Assembly: GCA_013265495.1 (NCBI GenBank)
Contig: MU058844.1
Coordinates: 2,335,520 to 2,399,519, forward strand
Length of the DNA stretch: 64,000 nt
Source of the DNA: Vicugna vicugna
Taxonomy: Eukaryota
Reading direction: 5' to 3'
A program made the translations under genes and the position numbers. Position 1 is the stretch's first letter. Every line of letters starts with the position of its first letter. The notes under the pieces were generated by a model that made no database searches, was not told the origin of the DNA, and saw nothing but the letters and a program-made list of their open reading frames with translations. Positions 47,891-62,349 of the stretch are shown here, piece by piece.

Positions 47891-49929
47891 CACCTTTACT
47901 TTCATTGAAATAAACTTCCTAAGTCACTGGTGAGTGAGTGAGAGGAGCTGTAATGAAACTCAGAATTGGTGCTTTCATTTTGTGTTATTTTATACCACAT
48001 TCTTTTTTTTAAGTAAATTATTTTGAAATAAATATCATGTGACAGATTTTCTCTTTTACTAACTGGTAGATCTTTTATTAGCGTTTTAATCAACTCCCTT
48101 AGACTCGCATTTAGCACATGAAATATTTTCCGTTTTGAATTTAAACACTGAATACATTTGCTCTTTATTTGACCTTCATTAAGTAAATGTGATTTTTTTT
48201 AAAAAAGGGTATTTTTAAATAACCTAGTCATGTTTCTCCAAACAATAATTTTTTAATATACATTATATAAATCTATTACCTGGTATTAAATTACTCCTTT
48301 TTTATGTAACAGTGGATAAAAATACTGTTACAGGGGAATCCAAAGGCACAAGGTCTAAACAAAGCTATAATTAATAAAAAATCCAACAAATTGTTAGAAG
48401 AACTAGTATGAATAATGTTTACTAAGATTAAAAGCACAATCATGTTATAAAATTATTTTGGAAATAGATTTTCTTTCTCATTTATGATGGATATCCAAAA
48501 TGCCAAAGGAATCAAGTAAAGAATAACCTAATGCAGGAATTTTTATTTTTCAGTTAAATGGAACTAAAGCACTAACATGATAATATCTCATCATTTTCTT
48601 TCCCTGCATTCTCAACGTCAAAATGTCAGTATTGGCATAAACAATTAAAGTTCAGATAGACTTTGGACGAGTTGCTACAGAGAACTGAAAGAAAATAGAA
48701 AGCATCACTTGGCTTCATGTGGGACAATAGATAACCAAACAAGGCATTTAAAAATAGGAAACCAAACATCAAACAAACAAACAAAAGCCTAGATGATATT
48801 TAAAAAAGAAAACAAAATGGCTAAATCTGTTGTTTCTGACCAGAAAAGCTGATACTATAGTCAAGATGATCAAAAATGTTTTTCCAGCCCACTTGCTTAG
48901 ATCACTGGCTCCTTATACACTGTGACACAAATATATATATTTATAAATCCTCTAACACCTGAAAATCCAACCACTGTCAGAACAACCAGCTGCTGAAATT
49001 AGAAATTCTAAAACAACTGTATAAAGAGCCATCCTCAGCATCACTTCAGTTGTATGAGAAGTAGAAATATTTGGCAAACAGCATTTAATGAAAAAAAGTC
49101 ATATAGATTATTGTATGCTTTAAGAGAACAGGGAACCAAGTTGGTTGCGTTGTATCTTCTCTTAGGCCCCTTGAAACATGAAAATACAGTGAGTCTGTGA
49201 ATAATGACAGAATTGATTTAGTTGTATATAGGTAGTACTGCTATGCCTTTTGGATTATGGGAAGTAATATTTACCAGAAGAGCTGAGAACAGAAGTACCT
49301 GTGCTGCCAGAATCATAGAGAATTCATAAGCTAGTAACTCTTGTATAAGGTAATTAAATTTTGTACAAGCAGTTGCTACAGAAAATATCATGAAAGAATA
49401 GAAATAAAGACTCAAGGTCTTAACCTATCTTTTGATTGAAGTCTAAGAACTAGGTCTGTGCCATTCCTTATTACCAAATGTAGCTCATGAAAATAGGAAG
49501 TCAAACATCAAAGTTGGTTGGCAATCAGGAGTAAAACCATACAACTCAATTAATGTATCCAATAGTTTATGAAAAAGATGTGTCAATTTCAAGGAAAATC
49601 AAGTGCAAGGACCATAAGCCTCATTTTCAGGAAACTTAGAGGAGGAAATAAGAATATTTCTTTGAACTGCTCCTCCACAGCACCATTCTTTATATTCTAT
49701 CCTAAAAGTGTAAATGCTTATGTTAATTTGGTAGGATTATGGATTAAATAATGTTTCTTTACTATTATTGCAATGTTAAATTTCACAATTAATAAAACTA
49801 CTGGTTTCCAGATGGACAGTCTTCCTTAGTAAGACCTGGAGCCTGCTTATCTTCTTCAGTGCCTAAAACAGTACCTATCTGTTCAAATTCCTTACTTGAA
49901 ATTTTTTCTCTTTTAGAAAAAATTGTCCT

Positions 49930-50580
49930 TCTATGCCATAAAAGAAATAGAATCCATCATATTAACAGTTATCAATTGACCACCCTTGTAATTTATAAAT
50001 GTACCTAAAATATTCCTAAAATGTTTACTTCTTTTTGTCCAGCTTCTAATGAAAGGGTGTCCCATTTTTCCAAAGCCAACCCACATGCTTGTGTTTTGAA
50101 TCCATCTCTTCTCCTATCTTTACAAATGTTCATGCTGTCTCATATTGTTTTATCAATTATTCCTTCATTCTCTCTTCAATCTCTTCATTTTCCCTTCCTA
50201 TCACTCTTGTCCCTCAGATTATGAGCATGAACTACGTAACAAACAAGTAAGTCAAAATCAAACTCAGCCAACCAAATGGAATCCTTTCTAATGACCTCTC
50301 AACTGCAAAACCCACTAGATTTTTTTTCTTTTGCCTTTAACTTACTGCACGTTTTGGCTATTTGGACATTCTCTACTCCCTTGTCTTTTTTATACAACTC
50401 TCCTTGTTTTCTTCACAACTTCAGGCAATTCCTATTTATTTATTCTAAGATTTTGCTGTCTCTATCCATAATGAAAATTAGTTTCCTTGGGCTCCATCCT
50501 TAGCCTACTGTAATTCTCATCTACACATTCACTGTGAGTGAACCTATATCTGCGTATGGTTTTTAATCAATGCATTTATG
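49930..50580 (+). mobile_element. Degenerate L2 fragments
   Basis: CCAAAGCCAACCCA..CTTGTGTTTTGAATCCATCTC; AATGACCTC; CCTTGGGCTCCATCCTTAGCC..TTCTCATCTACACATTC. Confidence 0.5.
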
Positions 50581-52104
50581 TTTCCCCACAGGTGCCTAAA
50601 AATAGAGAGGTTAAGATCGTGAATTTGGAAGTCAGATAGACAATGAATTAAGCTCTACTTCTTCTACACATAGGCTTCTGAACTCCACCTCTATTCCAGG
50701 TTCCGACAGATGTTCCCATTCTGAATCTGCCTTTATCCTTCTGCCTTGTATTTAGTATTGTGACTATGCTTGTGTCTGCTCCCAATGCCATTGGACTATG
50801 AGAGTATGTGAGATGGAGACACTTTCAGTGTTCTCCAATAAATGACCCAGTAATTAGAGTATGTGTGAAGCTGACAACTGGGGCAATCAGCCCTGAATTG
50901 ATTCATCTTGAGTTGAGTAATATCTCTACCCTGACTTTAACTTTACTATAGTGATTTTCAAAAGCTTTTAAAAGATGCCGTAGGTGCTTATTCTAGCATC
51001 ATGTTGTAATACTGGTAAGGACAGAATTGGATTCTACTTTCCTTTCATCAATAGCACCACTGTTAATAAACTGGGGTTTTTTTATTTATTAACTTTTAAA
51101 TTAGAGTCTCTAAAGTGATGTGTTCAAGGAAAATCATTAGGGCACTAGAGGAAAAAATACAGATTCTATTTATATTCAGATATTTTATTTAAGATAAAAC
51201 ATAAGAAGTTAACATTACTAATGCTTCACATCCATATTAATAGCAGTATGAATATATAATTTGTAGCTGAATGTATTAGTGTATACTAAGTTGTGGGTTC
51301 ATGAGGCTGCTGCTAGTCAACATGTGTATGAATTAGATATAAACTCCCCTTGGTAGTTACAATCCCACAACAAGGAACATAGCTTGGTGAACAGAGCACT
51401 CAGTGTATTTCTACCTTAGTCTCCCCCTTGGGTACATGCTGTGGTGGGCATATGACCTATATACATTTATGGGGTGTCCCTGAATTTTCAGAAGCATTTC
51501 ATTGATGGGGTGATCAATCATTTTCTAGCTTTGAGCAAATCTTGACAATTTTCAAAGTCATTCTACAGTTTTAAAGATTTATTCTTACAGTTTAAAGATT
51601 TCAGAGATGATAATGATTTCTAGATAGGCATGGCATTACTTAACTAGTAAATAAACACAAGTAAATAATGGAAATAGTTTTTTTTAATGCTCATGGCCAT
51701 AAGAACTCTATTTAGAACTCACTTATAAATTACTTAAATTCAAAGAATTTAACATACGGGTATAGTAATATAATGGATGATAATTTATATTTATTAAGCA
51801 CTCGTTTTTGCTAGCCACCATTTGAAGTGTTTTACATGAATTAAACATTTCTTTTAGAATAAGGGAGGTATTCTTATTGATGTACAGTTTTCCAGATGTT
51901 CAGAGTAGGAAAATGAGGTGCCCAACCTTCCCAAAGAAATATGCTTAATAAAAAGCAGAAGGATTCTACAGATATTTAAAGGGCGATATGAGAAGATGAC
52001 CTTGACTCATCTTCATGTGACTAGAAGGCTTAAATTCCTTAAACAGGGATGTAGTCCATTAGAACTATGCTAGGGTTACCACAAATATAATTGCTTATTA
52101 TTAG

Positions 52105-52240
52105 TTCACCATCCATCATTCATTCATTTATTAAAAACATACTTATTGAGCACCTACTATGTGCTAGTCACGGCTCTAGGCACTAAGGAAAGAATTATGA
52201 AGAAGACACTTTGAATCCGTAAGATTCATGTACCTTAGTG
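52105..52240 (-). mobile_element. L2 3' tail
   Basis: CATTCATTCATT..ACTTATTGAGCACCTACTATGTGCTAG..CTAGGCACT. Confidence 0.85.
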
Positions 52241-54053
52241 GAGGAGGGGTGTCTTAAGAAAAATATTCTTTCCAAAAATAATAAATAAAATAGTCATTTC
52301 TCCTCTCTAGTCCTACAATATTGTTTGTTTGTTTTTATAATATTTCATGTTCCCTGTGTCATTATTTATATGCCTAGAAGGGCTTTCATATTTTTTAGAT
52401 CATTTAACTTTCTATAAAAGTCTTCAGGGTTAGAAAATGTGAAACTAATGTTATTTTCATACTGATGTACTTGGCTTTTACTATTTTATCCATTCACCTT
52501 GTATTATGTCTGATCCTGTGGAGTCTTTCAAGTCTTGACTTGGAAGTTCACTTTATATGCTACTGTGCTTGGTTAAAATCAACATGTTGTAACACTAAGC
52601 AAAGTAGCTGGTGAACACAAAAGAGAAATGTTTTGAAACGAAAATTTAAATTCCTGTGATGCAATTCAATTTCCCATAGTTCTACCTTCTGAATGAATGT
52701 ATAGACTGATGAGATAAAATAAGTAGTGATTTTCTTGGTGGACACAATCCTGGCAGCTTCAAATGTGCAGAACATGGATACAAAATGGGAAGTGAACAAC
52801 AGTAAAAGATACTTAATCAGCATCTAAACCAGTGTTTTTACTACAAAAAGCTCATGCATTTTATTTTATAAGTGAAAAGTATAGCCATTTGCAACCTAAC
52901 TGACAAGTATTTAAAGGTTATCGAAAGTTATTCTACTTAAGGTTAAGTCCTGAGTAGAACTGCAAAAGGTAGAACACTAGAAGCAAAGAGAACAAGGATT
53001 AAGGCTCATCAATATAGTTGTGCTGAGAAGTGAAAGAGAAGAAAGTAACACAAAAATAATGACTACCTAGAAGACAGCCTGGAACCATTAGGTATAGGAG
53101 AAACTAACTTTCCACAGCTCAGTAACTTTGGAGGGCATTAGTGTTCTACATTATAAGATGGTAAGTCCGAATGACCCAATATTTGTGCACTCTGTCTAAA
53201 TATTCAAGAAAGTGAGTAATGTAGACTTCTAATATTAGCAAAGATGTAATCAATTCTCTGTGACATTAATTTAACATTATATAAAATAGATCTAAAATGA
53301 AAGTTAGACTTTTTAAAATGAAGTATTGGTCTGCAAGTTTTGTATGACTATCTTATGCCCTGAGAGTAATTTAACACATATTCCTAAATGTGTTACTCTG
53401 CCAAGACGTAAAGTGACCAGGACAGCAGCTGCATCTGTGTGTATGTAAGTTCATTATACTGTGATAAGTCAATAGTGTAATTCTTGATAGGAAAAGAGAA
53501 AAAATATCATTTTGTTAACAAAGTATGGTATGATCTTTCAAACATCCAGACAATGTGTGTATCTTATAGATCTTTTTGATATGCATAAGTGGATAAATAA
53601 AAGTTTTAAGATGAGACCACTGCATGTCATTAAACCAATAAAAACTAGTTTGGGATATTAACTTTCGTAAAGAGAACTCTCTTATGAGATGATTAGATAG
53701 AATTTTTGATAAAAAGAATATTGACTTATATCAGAGTCCAGCTAACACCCACTAAATGTAAATGCAATTATAGATGTCTGGAATACAGGTCTTCCCTACT
53801 ATCAGGAAGTGGAACATTTCTATGAAAAATTTTGTAAGCTGAAATGGTATAAAGAGAAGAAGCAATTACCTTGAAACACATCTTGCTAATGGATGCACAA
53901 AACAAATCAAGATAAAACACAGATGCTCATAGACACAGCTCAAAACTATGGCAGTTTGATGCTGAGATGCTGAGTGTAGTTCCCAAGCAAGGAGCTTGGT
54001 GTTGCCTCTACAAAGGCTCACAGCAAAACACACCTGAACGCTATTTTTTGCTC

Positions 54054-54080
54054 TGTGTGTGTGTGTGTGTGTGTGTGTGT
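54054..54080. repeat. (TG)13 microsatellite
   Basis: Directly visible. Confidence 0.98.
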
Positions 54081-55269
54081 AAGTTAAAACCCTCTTTGGA
54101 TTTCTTTCAGTTAGCAAAAACAGGTACTAATGTAGGTCTTAAAAAGCCGAGTAATGTAAAGTAAACTTTCCAAAATTAGGGGATACCTATACAGGGAAAT
54201 GTCAAACCATTCTATATTTTATCCCACAATATATTTTCATAGGAGCACAAACTTTTAATACTGAAATCTGATTTTTAAATTTAGTTTACACTCAGAGTCT
54301 CTTTATCTATCAGTAAACAAATTGATGCAAACTCTGAACGTTAAAACTGGTAGTATCTAACTTCTAACCATTTATTTTAAAGTGAATTATTACTCTATAT
54401 ATCTAGTTTGGAATTTTAATATTTGATATGACTAATTATAAACACTACCACCACCATCCTCCTTCCACTAGCACAATACACTTCTCTGATCCTGCTATTT
54501 TATTTTATTATTAAAATATGTTATTTTGGCACAATTACTTGGACATTTGAAAAAAAGGCAGAAAATGAGTATTTGATCCCACTGGAGACATCAGCACTAT
54601 GTATTTCTGAGAAAGAAAGTAATTACAATTATCAAAAAGAGTCTTAAGCATGCAAAAAATAACATTTTCATAATTCTATTATTAAGAATGACCATTTTTG
54701 CTAAAATTAGGTCTTTGGGTACTTCCTCTTTGTTTCGTGAATTGTCACTACTAGAAAAAAAAGGATAAAAATTCAAGAATGTTTTAATCATCAGCTATGC
54801 TACCTAAAAATGTTAAACATATTTCTATTTATTAATCAATTTTGCCTGTAAAATCATTGAAACTTTCATTTTCTAAAACAATTTTAGGGGTTTGCCAATA
54901 TAAGTGATGGTATCTGGAGGCTACATAAACACAGTAGGCAGGAGCACTCTAATGGAACAGGTAGTCTTTTTCACAATCCTGCTGGCATAAACCTACAGAC
55001 CACACTATCTTGCTGAAATCTAGCATTTCCTAACACATGCTTCTTTAACTGATTGTAAGTAAGTGAAGTCTGTACTCTACCTTAACGGCTACAGAAAAGC
55101 TAGCCCTATTATTAGGTACAGTTAATGAAAAGCCCACATAATTTCCACATGCTTTCCATACTTCTCTAATTGGGTAGTCTCTTATGCTCTCTAATTAGGT
55201 AGTTCCTCGAGTTTCTATTAGTAAAGGCATTTCTTTGAATTGAGGCAGTGTTTGAAGTCTTCTGTAAAC

Positions 55270-56750
55270 CAAGTCCAATCAAATTCCAGGCAGCTTTTTG
55301 AAACTTGCAAGCTAATGCAAAAAATGTATATGGAAAGCAAAGAAGTGAGAACAGCTAATATGATTTTTTTTAAAGATAAGTGAAGTTGGAGGATTCATCT
55401 GAGTTTAAGACTTAAATGAGGCTACAGTAATCAAGACAGTGTGGTGTTGGCGTAAGAATAGGCAAATAGGTCAGTGCAGCAGGGGATAGAGTACAGAATT
55501 TATAAGGTTATAATAGAAAGCTATTCACAATTTGAATAGTCAGCTGATCCTCTCTGCAATTCATATGCAACAAAGTTAACCTTTACTTTGTAACACATAA
55601 CATGAAACTCAAAGTATATCATAGGCTTAAATCTAGGAGATAAAACTGTAAAACTTCGAGAAGGAAACAGTAAAAACGTATTTGTGACCTTAGGTAGGCA
55701 AAGATTTCATAAATAAGATACAAAAAAGCACAAAAGTTAAAAAAAAAAAAGAGAGATAGAGAACTGTGATTTCATCAAAATTAAATCTGCTGTTGGAACA
55801 CATTGCTAAGAGAATGAAAAGGCAAGTCACAGACTAGAAAAAAATATTGGCAAAAAAAGTCTTCTCTACACAATAAAAGACATGAATCTAGAATATATAA
55901 GGACTTCAAAGTTTTACCAAGAAGACAAAAAATACAACTTAAAAATTGGCAGACATATCTCAACAGGAAATTCCTCAGAGAAGATAAATGGGTAATAAAC
56001 AATAAGTAACAATGCTCAACACAGTCATAGGTACTCCTGTAAGCATGCTAGAAAAGCTGAAACAAGCAAACAAGCAAACAAGCAAACAAGCTGATAATAC
56101 GAAGTGTTGGTAAGGATGCAGAGCAAGTAGAACACCCATACTCTGCGGGAGGAAATGCAAGATAATATAGCCACTTTGGAGAACAGTTCGGCAGCTTCTT
56201 ATAAAGCTATAAATACACTTACAATATAACCCAGCTGGGGTATTTATCAAAGATAGGTTATATGTTCACACAAGTAGCTGCATTTCTAACGTTCACAGCA
56301 AGCTTATTTTTATAATAGCCAAATGCAAGAGACACAAAATTCCATCAGCTAGTGAATGGATAACTTGTGGGACATCCGTAAAATGGAATACCACTTAGCA
56401 ATGAAAAGGAATGAAAACTCAACAGAATGGATGAATGTTAAAAGCATTATGCAAAGTGAAATGAGTCAAACACAAAAGTTTATATACTGTATCATTCCAT
56501 GTACATGATATTTGAGAAGAGACAAAATTATAGGGATAAAAAACAGATTAATGATTGCTAGAGGCTAAAGTGGGAAAAGGGGGTTAACTGCAAAGAGACC
56601 TTTGGAAACTTTTCAGAGTTATGGAGTATTTCATGTTTTGGTAGTAGTTGCACAATGACATACAATTGTCAACATTTGCTAAACTGCACACTTTAAAAGA
56701 ATGACTTTATCATATGCATAATATACCTTAATAAACCTGATTAAAAAAAC
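55270..56750 (+). mobile_element. Old LINE-1 (L1ME class), ORF2 3' part and 3'UTR
   Basis: GCTACAGTAATCAAGACAGTGTGGTGTTGG; GTAGGCAAAGATTTC; CCACTTTGGAGAACAGTT; end ATACCTTAATAAACCTGATTAAAAAAA. Confidence 0.88.
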
Positions 56751-59700
56751 ACAAAATAAAAACCTTCCCATTTGATTCCATTTCATCCCAAAATGTTACT
56801 CCCTAGAGTACACACTGGGGCTTAATTAGACTGGTGTGTCTTAGAGCACTAGAGGCCTACCCAATCTGGAGTACAGTGTAGAATACAAGTGAAGAGGCAA
56901 TGAATGTTCAATGTAATAAAATAACCTTTAATATTTAGATCAAAAATCTTAAGTAAATATTATTCCCAAGATGTGATAAGAGGTCAGGGGCCACCAATCT
57001 GAAGATAAGATGTGAAAATGTTCAATGCCAAATGGGGAAGCACAAAGCTAGGGTACCAGGCAATCATTATTAAGTAACTGATCACATGATAAAACTGCAG
57101 GTGATAAAGTTGCAGGTGTGCTGGCAAAGATTAAAACCGTAGTTAAAAGAAAAAAAATCAGTATAACAGTACTAAGTAGTAGACACAAGCATGCAATCAT
57201 TATCTGTTTGTTTTTTGCTTTTTACTTGCTAGCTATCACTGTGCTGGGGTCAAGGGCTAGGAGAGAGTAAATCATACAGTAAATATGATCTGATATAAAG
57301 AGTGGGTCAAGAAATCTCTAGAGCAAGGGACTCTGCCACGAGAGCTACAGTGGCTTAAAGCAGGTCTAAAAGAGAAAAAGGGAAGACTAAAGATGTTTTC
57401 ATTGGTGGGAGCAGGACACATGGATGAAGATAAATGTGGGAAAAGGGACTCATTAACTTCACTTCATTACTTCATGCCTTATGTTTTCATTATTAAAGAC
57501 ACATTAAAATTTTGAAATAATAATTGTGGAGCACATTAATTTAGATGCACCATGTTTACCTCTATCCCTATAGCTATCTGTCTAACTGGAGAGAGATGTA
57601 TATGCCACAGCTTTAATATAAAACCTTGTATTTTAGGAGTTATTTTTATTCTGTAATGTAAAATGTCTGACTCCTTGAAAACAAAACAACAGCGAAGAAA
57701 AACCTAGAATAATTACTGTCAGTTTGTAAAAGATTATCCTATGTTCATGATATATTATTGTCTGTTCTTGAATTTTCTCAACTATTTTGTCAAAAATTTT
57801 TTTAAAAAATTACATATTCTATTATAACAATTAAAATATGTTGTATGAGATTGAGAGCCCCCAAATTATAAAATTATACGGTAAGTTAGTAAAATATCAT
57901 AGTCAATATTAAATTCAGGACAACCTAAAACAAACTTGTTTTCCTCTCCCAACAAATCCTTTTGCTACTTGTTTCCATGAACATCTCTACTTACAGTAAA
58001 TTTCTTAAAAATTAAATAAAAATATTTAAACAGTTTCTAATTAAATAACATTGTAACAGGCTGCAATTCTGACTCTATATTGAGAAGTTTTATTTTTAAT
58101 TCTGAAACTGCTAATGAGGAGTGGGGTTATAGGTAAAATAAGTCCCATGAGCTCAGCTTTTTCACACTAAAATATATCAAGAAGTCCAGATCCAAAATCA
58201 GGTTAATATGCTAAGATCAGAAATACTAAAATAAAGCTAGAATGAAGAGAAAATAGCAAAGCAGAAATAAGCTCCAAAGGTCTGATAAATGGAGCCAGTA
58301 AAGTACAGCACAGGATAAGACATGCATAGTTCCAAAGCGACCTTGGACTGCAGTCTGACCCTGACTGTAGCGTTAATTCCTGTATTTTCTGCCTGAGTGC
58401 CTCCTAACTAAACTTCAACATATTTCTTTTTTTTTTTCTACTGCTGTCTCCTGCCTTCTTCCTCTTCATTCCTTCCTTTCTTTCTTCTTCCTTCTTTCCT
58501 TCGTTCCTATCCTTATTCAATAAGTATTTAATGAGCAATTGCTATGTGCTAGGAGCTAGACACATGTTAAGTATTTTTTAAGTTATTTTAATATTAATAA
58601 TGCATTATTTTATTTAACAAAATGTTATCTAGCAATAGGGAGTTTGTATTATTCTAAAATAGTGTTATTATTTTTCTCATTACAACTAAATTTGCATATA
58701 ATTTGTACAAGTTATCACAAAGTAATCAATGGTTTCATTTATTTGATTTGTTTCAATTAATTGCTTGAAAATTTCTACTTGCATAATTTTCAGAAGGTTC
58801 AATATTCTACTTTTGAGCCTTTCTTCTTCCATAAACTGTCCAAGAACCTAAACACACACTGTGTTTATGTAGAATCTGTCAGTGTGCCTGATGCCTGGAA
58901 TAGAGGTGAGTGAATATTTGAAGCCATGGCTTCCCTGACATATTACTGCCATCTAAATAGTGGAGGTAGCACTGCAGAAACGGAACTGTATCCTCACTGA
59001 AAAGATAATTAAAAGGTCTTGGGATACAAATCACACAGATCACCTAGGTCAGACTTTCTATCATCTATGCCCCTAGAACTCCTATTTCTATTTCTAGTGT
59101 TCACAGACATTTACCTCTTGTGGCTCCATGGTTGTAGTGTCAGCCTCACTCACTTTATGACGTCATTATGTATAGACAGAATAAAAGTAATTTAGTTATT
59201 CCTCAGGAAGGTTGGTCAAAATTTGATTTTTAAAAATTTACTGACGATTTAGAAAAGTTTTAGCTTCTCAGTTCTGCTACTGACTGGCTGGTGAAAGCAT
59301 GTTAGCAATAATGTAACTATACATGGATATGCTATAAACCACATAAATATACCCTCCTCTGCCAAACTCAGCTTCTCCTTACCAGATCTCCATAATACTC
59401 TGCCCTACTCCAAAGTATTTCTTCCATCCCCCCACAAACCCCAAACTCCCCACACTTGAGGAGACTCTAACTAAAAGTCACAAAGTAAAGAGATGATCAT
59501 TAAGCCAATTGTGGTTAAGTTCCTTCACATCATGTAAATTTAACAAAACATGTGAGTTCCAGGTGAACAAACTGCTAGGGTCTTTCCAGGGTTTGGAAAG
59601 GGCCTTTGCAAAAGTGGAGTTTTGAAGCTTAAATTTCTTTCTCTTCATAATACACCTGCTTTTAATGCGATTACCAACCCTACTTATGCCCCCCAAATAT

Positions 59701-61556
59701 ACATATAAACTCACAGAATCCCAGGAATCTCCAAACATCCTTAAATGTGCAGGGCTTTCCAGATGAAACCACCAATATCATGTTGGTGCCTTGGTTAAAG
59801 AACTTCTATTAACTTTCAGCACACACGAATACACATTTTCTGGGGCTGAGCTAGAGATGGTGCTGTGGCAATAACATCTCCTTAGATCAGGAATTCGTAG
59901 AGATCCATCAAGCACATTTAGATGAAACTTTCATGTAGAAGATCACATGTGAATCCAGTCATTAACTACTTCTATCTCGGAGTTAATTTTCTAGCACGAG
60001 ACACCCATAATCTCTCAAAGGATGCCTTAGGGAATGCTTATACAATGTTAATAACTGAATTTTAATGAGGAAAAAGGGACTACCCTCTTGATAAAACTGA
60101 TATATTTTAAATCTTTGAGAACATCTTATTGGAATAAAGAATATGAAAAAATAATTTTACATCCTTTTTAAAACCTCATGCTGTACCCCTTTTAATTAAG
60201 TTTAAAGTTACAGTCAAGTGTGTTCTAATTTTAGAGCTAAAGAAGCCATGTGTGTGGTACTCTGAGAAGTTAGGTTATAAACATAGTATACTAGTGTTTA
60301 TGGGAAAACACAGTATGTAAAACACCTCCATTGGTGCATTGCTTTCACTGTCCTTTAATTATCCATTTAAGTGTTTATACATTCCCCACTCTTAAACAAC
60401 GGTAAGCCATCTTGCAGTGAAGGCACACATTTTAACATCTTAATCATTTTATGGTCTAACATCAGCCTGGATCTATTCTACTCACTTTAGTAAGTGAGCA
60501 ATCCATACATTTTATTATGTCATCAGAGTATGACTCAACTAAACTTCCTGGTATACTAACTAGTGAAACACCACATTGTGCTAGCTCACCCAAATTGCAC
60601 ACAAAATACTCAGCTGAAAATAAACAGGCTTTTCACTCTTAAATTTGAAAAGGCAAACCTGTAAAATGAGGCAAATTTTACATGTAGTTATGCCTTTAAA
60701 TGTTTAATAAATGACCCAGATGGAAAGGAATTATTAACAGGAGCTACATATTGCAAGTCAAATGAGGTGCAGAGGTGTTAAGGTCAACTTGACTAGAACA
60801 TGATGAAATGTACATAATTCACAGGGATATGGTTAGATATATAAAAAGAAAGTGAAGTAATGAGATGTATCAAAAGAGAGGCAATTGGAGAATCATATAT
60901 AAGCACTGTAATGAGGTGCCTAAGCCTTAGAAAAGTTAGATTTTAAGAAAGAAGGACTGCATCCAGGCATAAGGAAACACATTTGGATTCTTGTTGTTTT
61001 ATGTAACCACTAAGAAAGGCTCTTCCCACCCTCAGAACCCCAGCATACTTCTTGCTTCACCTCCAGCAAATCACTTTATGATCTTATTGCTTTGGAAAAT
61101 TGTTTATATTTCTGTAATAGCACCTCCTACTTGGGTAAGGTGATTTGGTCAAGAGGTTGCTGACAAAATTGAATTAATTAAACTGCACTTTAACTAAGGT
61201 AATTTTGCGTGAATTTTTTTTCACATTTAAATGGCAAATGGATTCAAATGTCACAGCCAATAATGCAAAACAAAATAAAAATAGCCAGCAATACCTATTG
61301 AGTCAAATTAAGAAGGAAAAATTTATCTAGACAAAAAATATTTAAAAAGATTCCAATAGCAAGACTTACAATGATGAGACACAAATTAGGCCAATAGATT
61401 AGCTAAATCCAATTTATCAGTATTGAAACTGTTTGTGATTTTTTTTTCATTTGGAAAATAAGCAAATTTACAGAGAGTAAGTAACACTTTCAATTCTCTT
61501 CTTCACTTAGCTTAAGGAAAGAAAAATAACATATCTTTATATGTATAGTATATGCT

Positions 61557-62051
61557 CGTTACAACAGAGGAGGAAAAACTGTACCTTTACCCATCTTAGG
61601 TTTTCAGCTGGGATTCATGCAAAAAAATTAACAAGAGAAAAACAAATAATTGTTTCATGCATGCAGAACACATAATGCAGGAGAAACCTAAACCAGAAGT
61701 AATTTAAAATGGTCCCTTAGAATTCCAGCATATATAGCATCTTGAACAAAGACCTACATATTTGTAAAGAAATGACAGGACAGAGGAAAGCAGTTTTAAA
61801 ACTCTGAGGGACAGCAAACTGTGAGAAGGTAAACAGGAGGAAACTAATGGAGTAAGTTTTGTCTGAAGATTCCTCAGGTGCCATTTCTGGGTTGATAAGT
61901 CTCTTTCTAGTAAAAGGAGAATTTGTACCCTGCCTTTCAGCAGTAAAAGGGGCAGCTTTGCTTGGTTGGCTGTTTCTTAATTGCCATCAGCTCAAAATTA
62001 TTTTTACATCAAGGAGGCATATTTTGGGGTGATATATTCTGGTTTCTTTCA
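61557..62051 (-). mobile_element. ERV1 solo LTR, MER34-like
   Basis: Reverse complement starts TGAAAGAAACCAGAATATATCACCCCAAAATATGCCTCC..TTTTGAGCTGATGGCAATT, like MER34. The other end reads GGAGGAAAAA..CCTTTACCCATCTTAGGTT. Confidence 0.8.
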
Positions 62052-62349
62052 ACTAGAAAAAGAAAAAAAATACAGATAACTAAAAAGTGGAAACTAGACA
62101 TCACATTCAATTTCAACAAAGAAAATTGCTGTTAATACTTTGGCCTATATATTTAGATACAAGTTTATTTACTGTATATTTGTAAATTAACTTCATTATA
62201 CTGCTCTATTAAATAAATCAGTAGCAAAGACTTTGGTGTCAGAAAGAAATTCAAATTTTGAAGTAGCTATGTAACTTTAAATTATTACTTGGTTTTGAGG
62301 TTGTTGTCAATTGCTTATTTGTTTATTTCTTGTGAAGGAGATCAAAATG

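Noticed and set aside
52560..52823. 87-aa ORF with a signal-peptide-like hydrophobic start
   Set aside because: Hydrophobicity follows from T-rich composition; no recognisable family and only a weak donor (GTAGAA).
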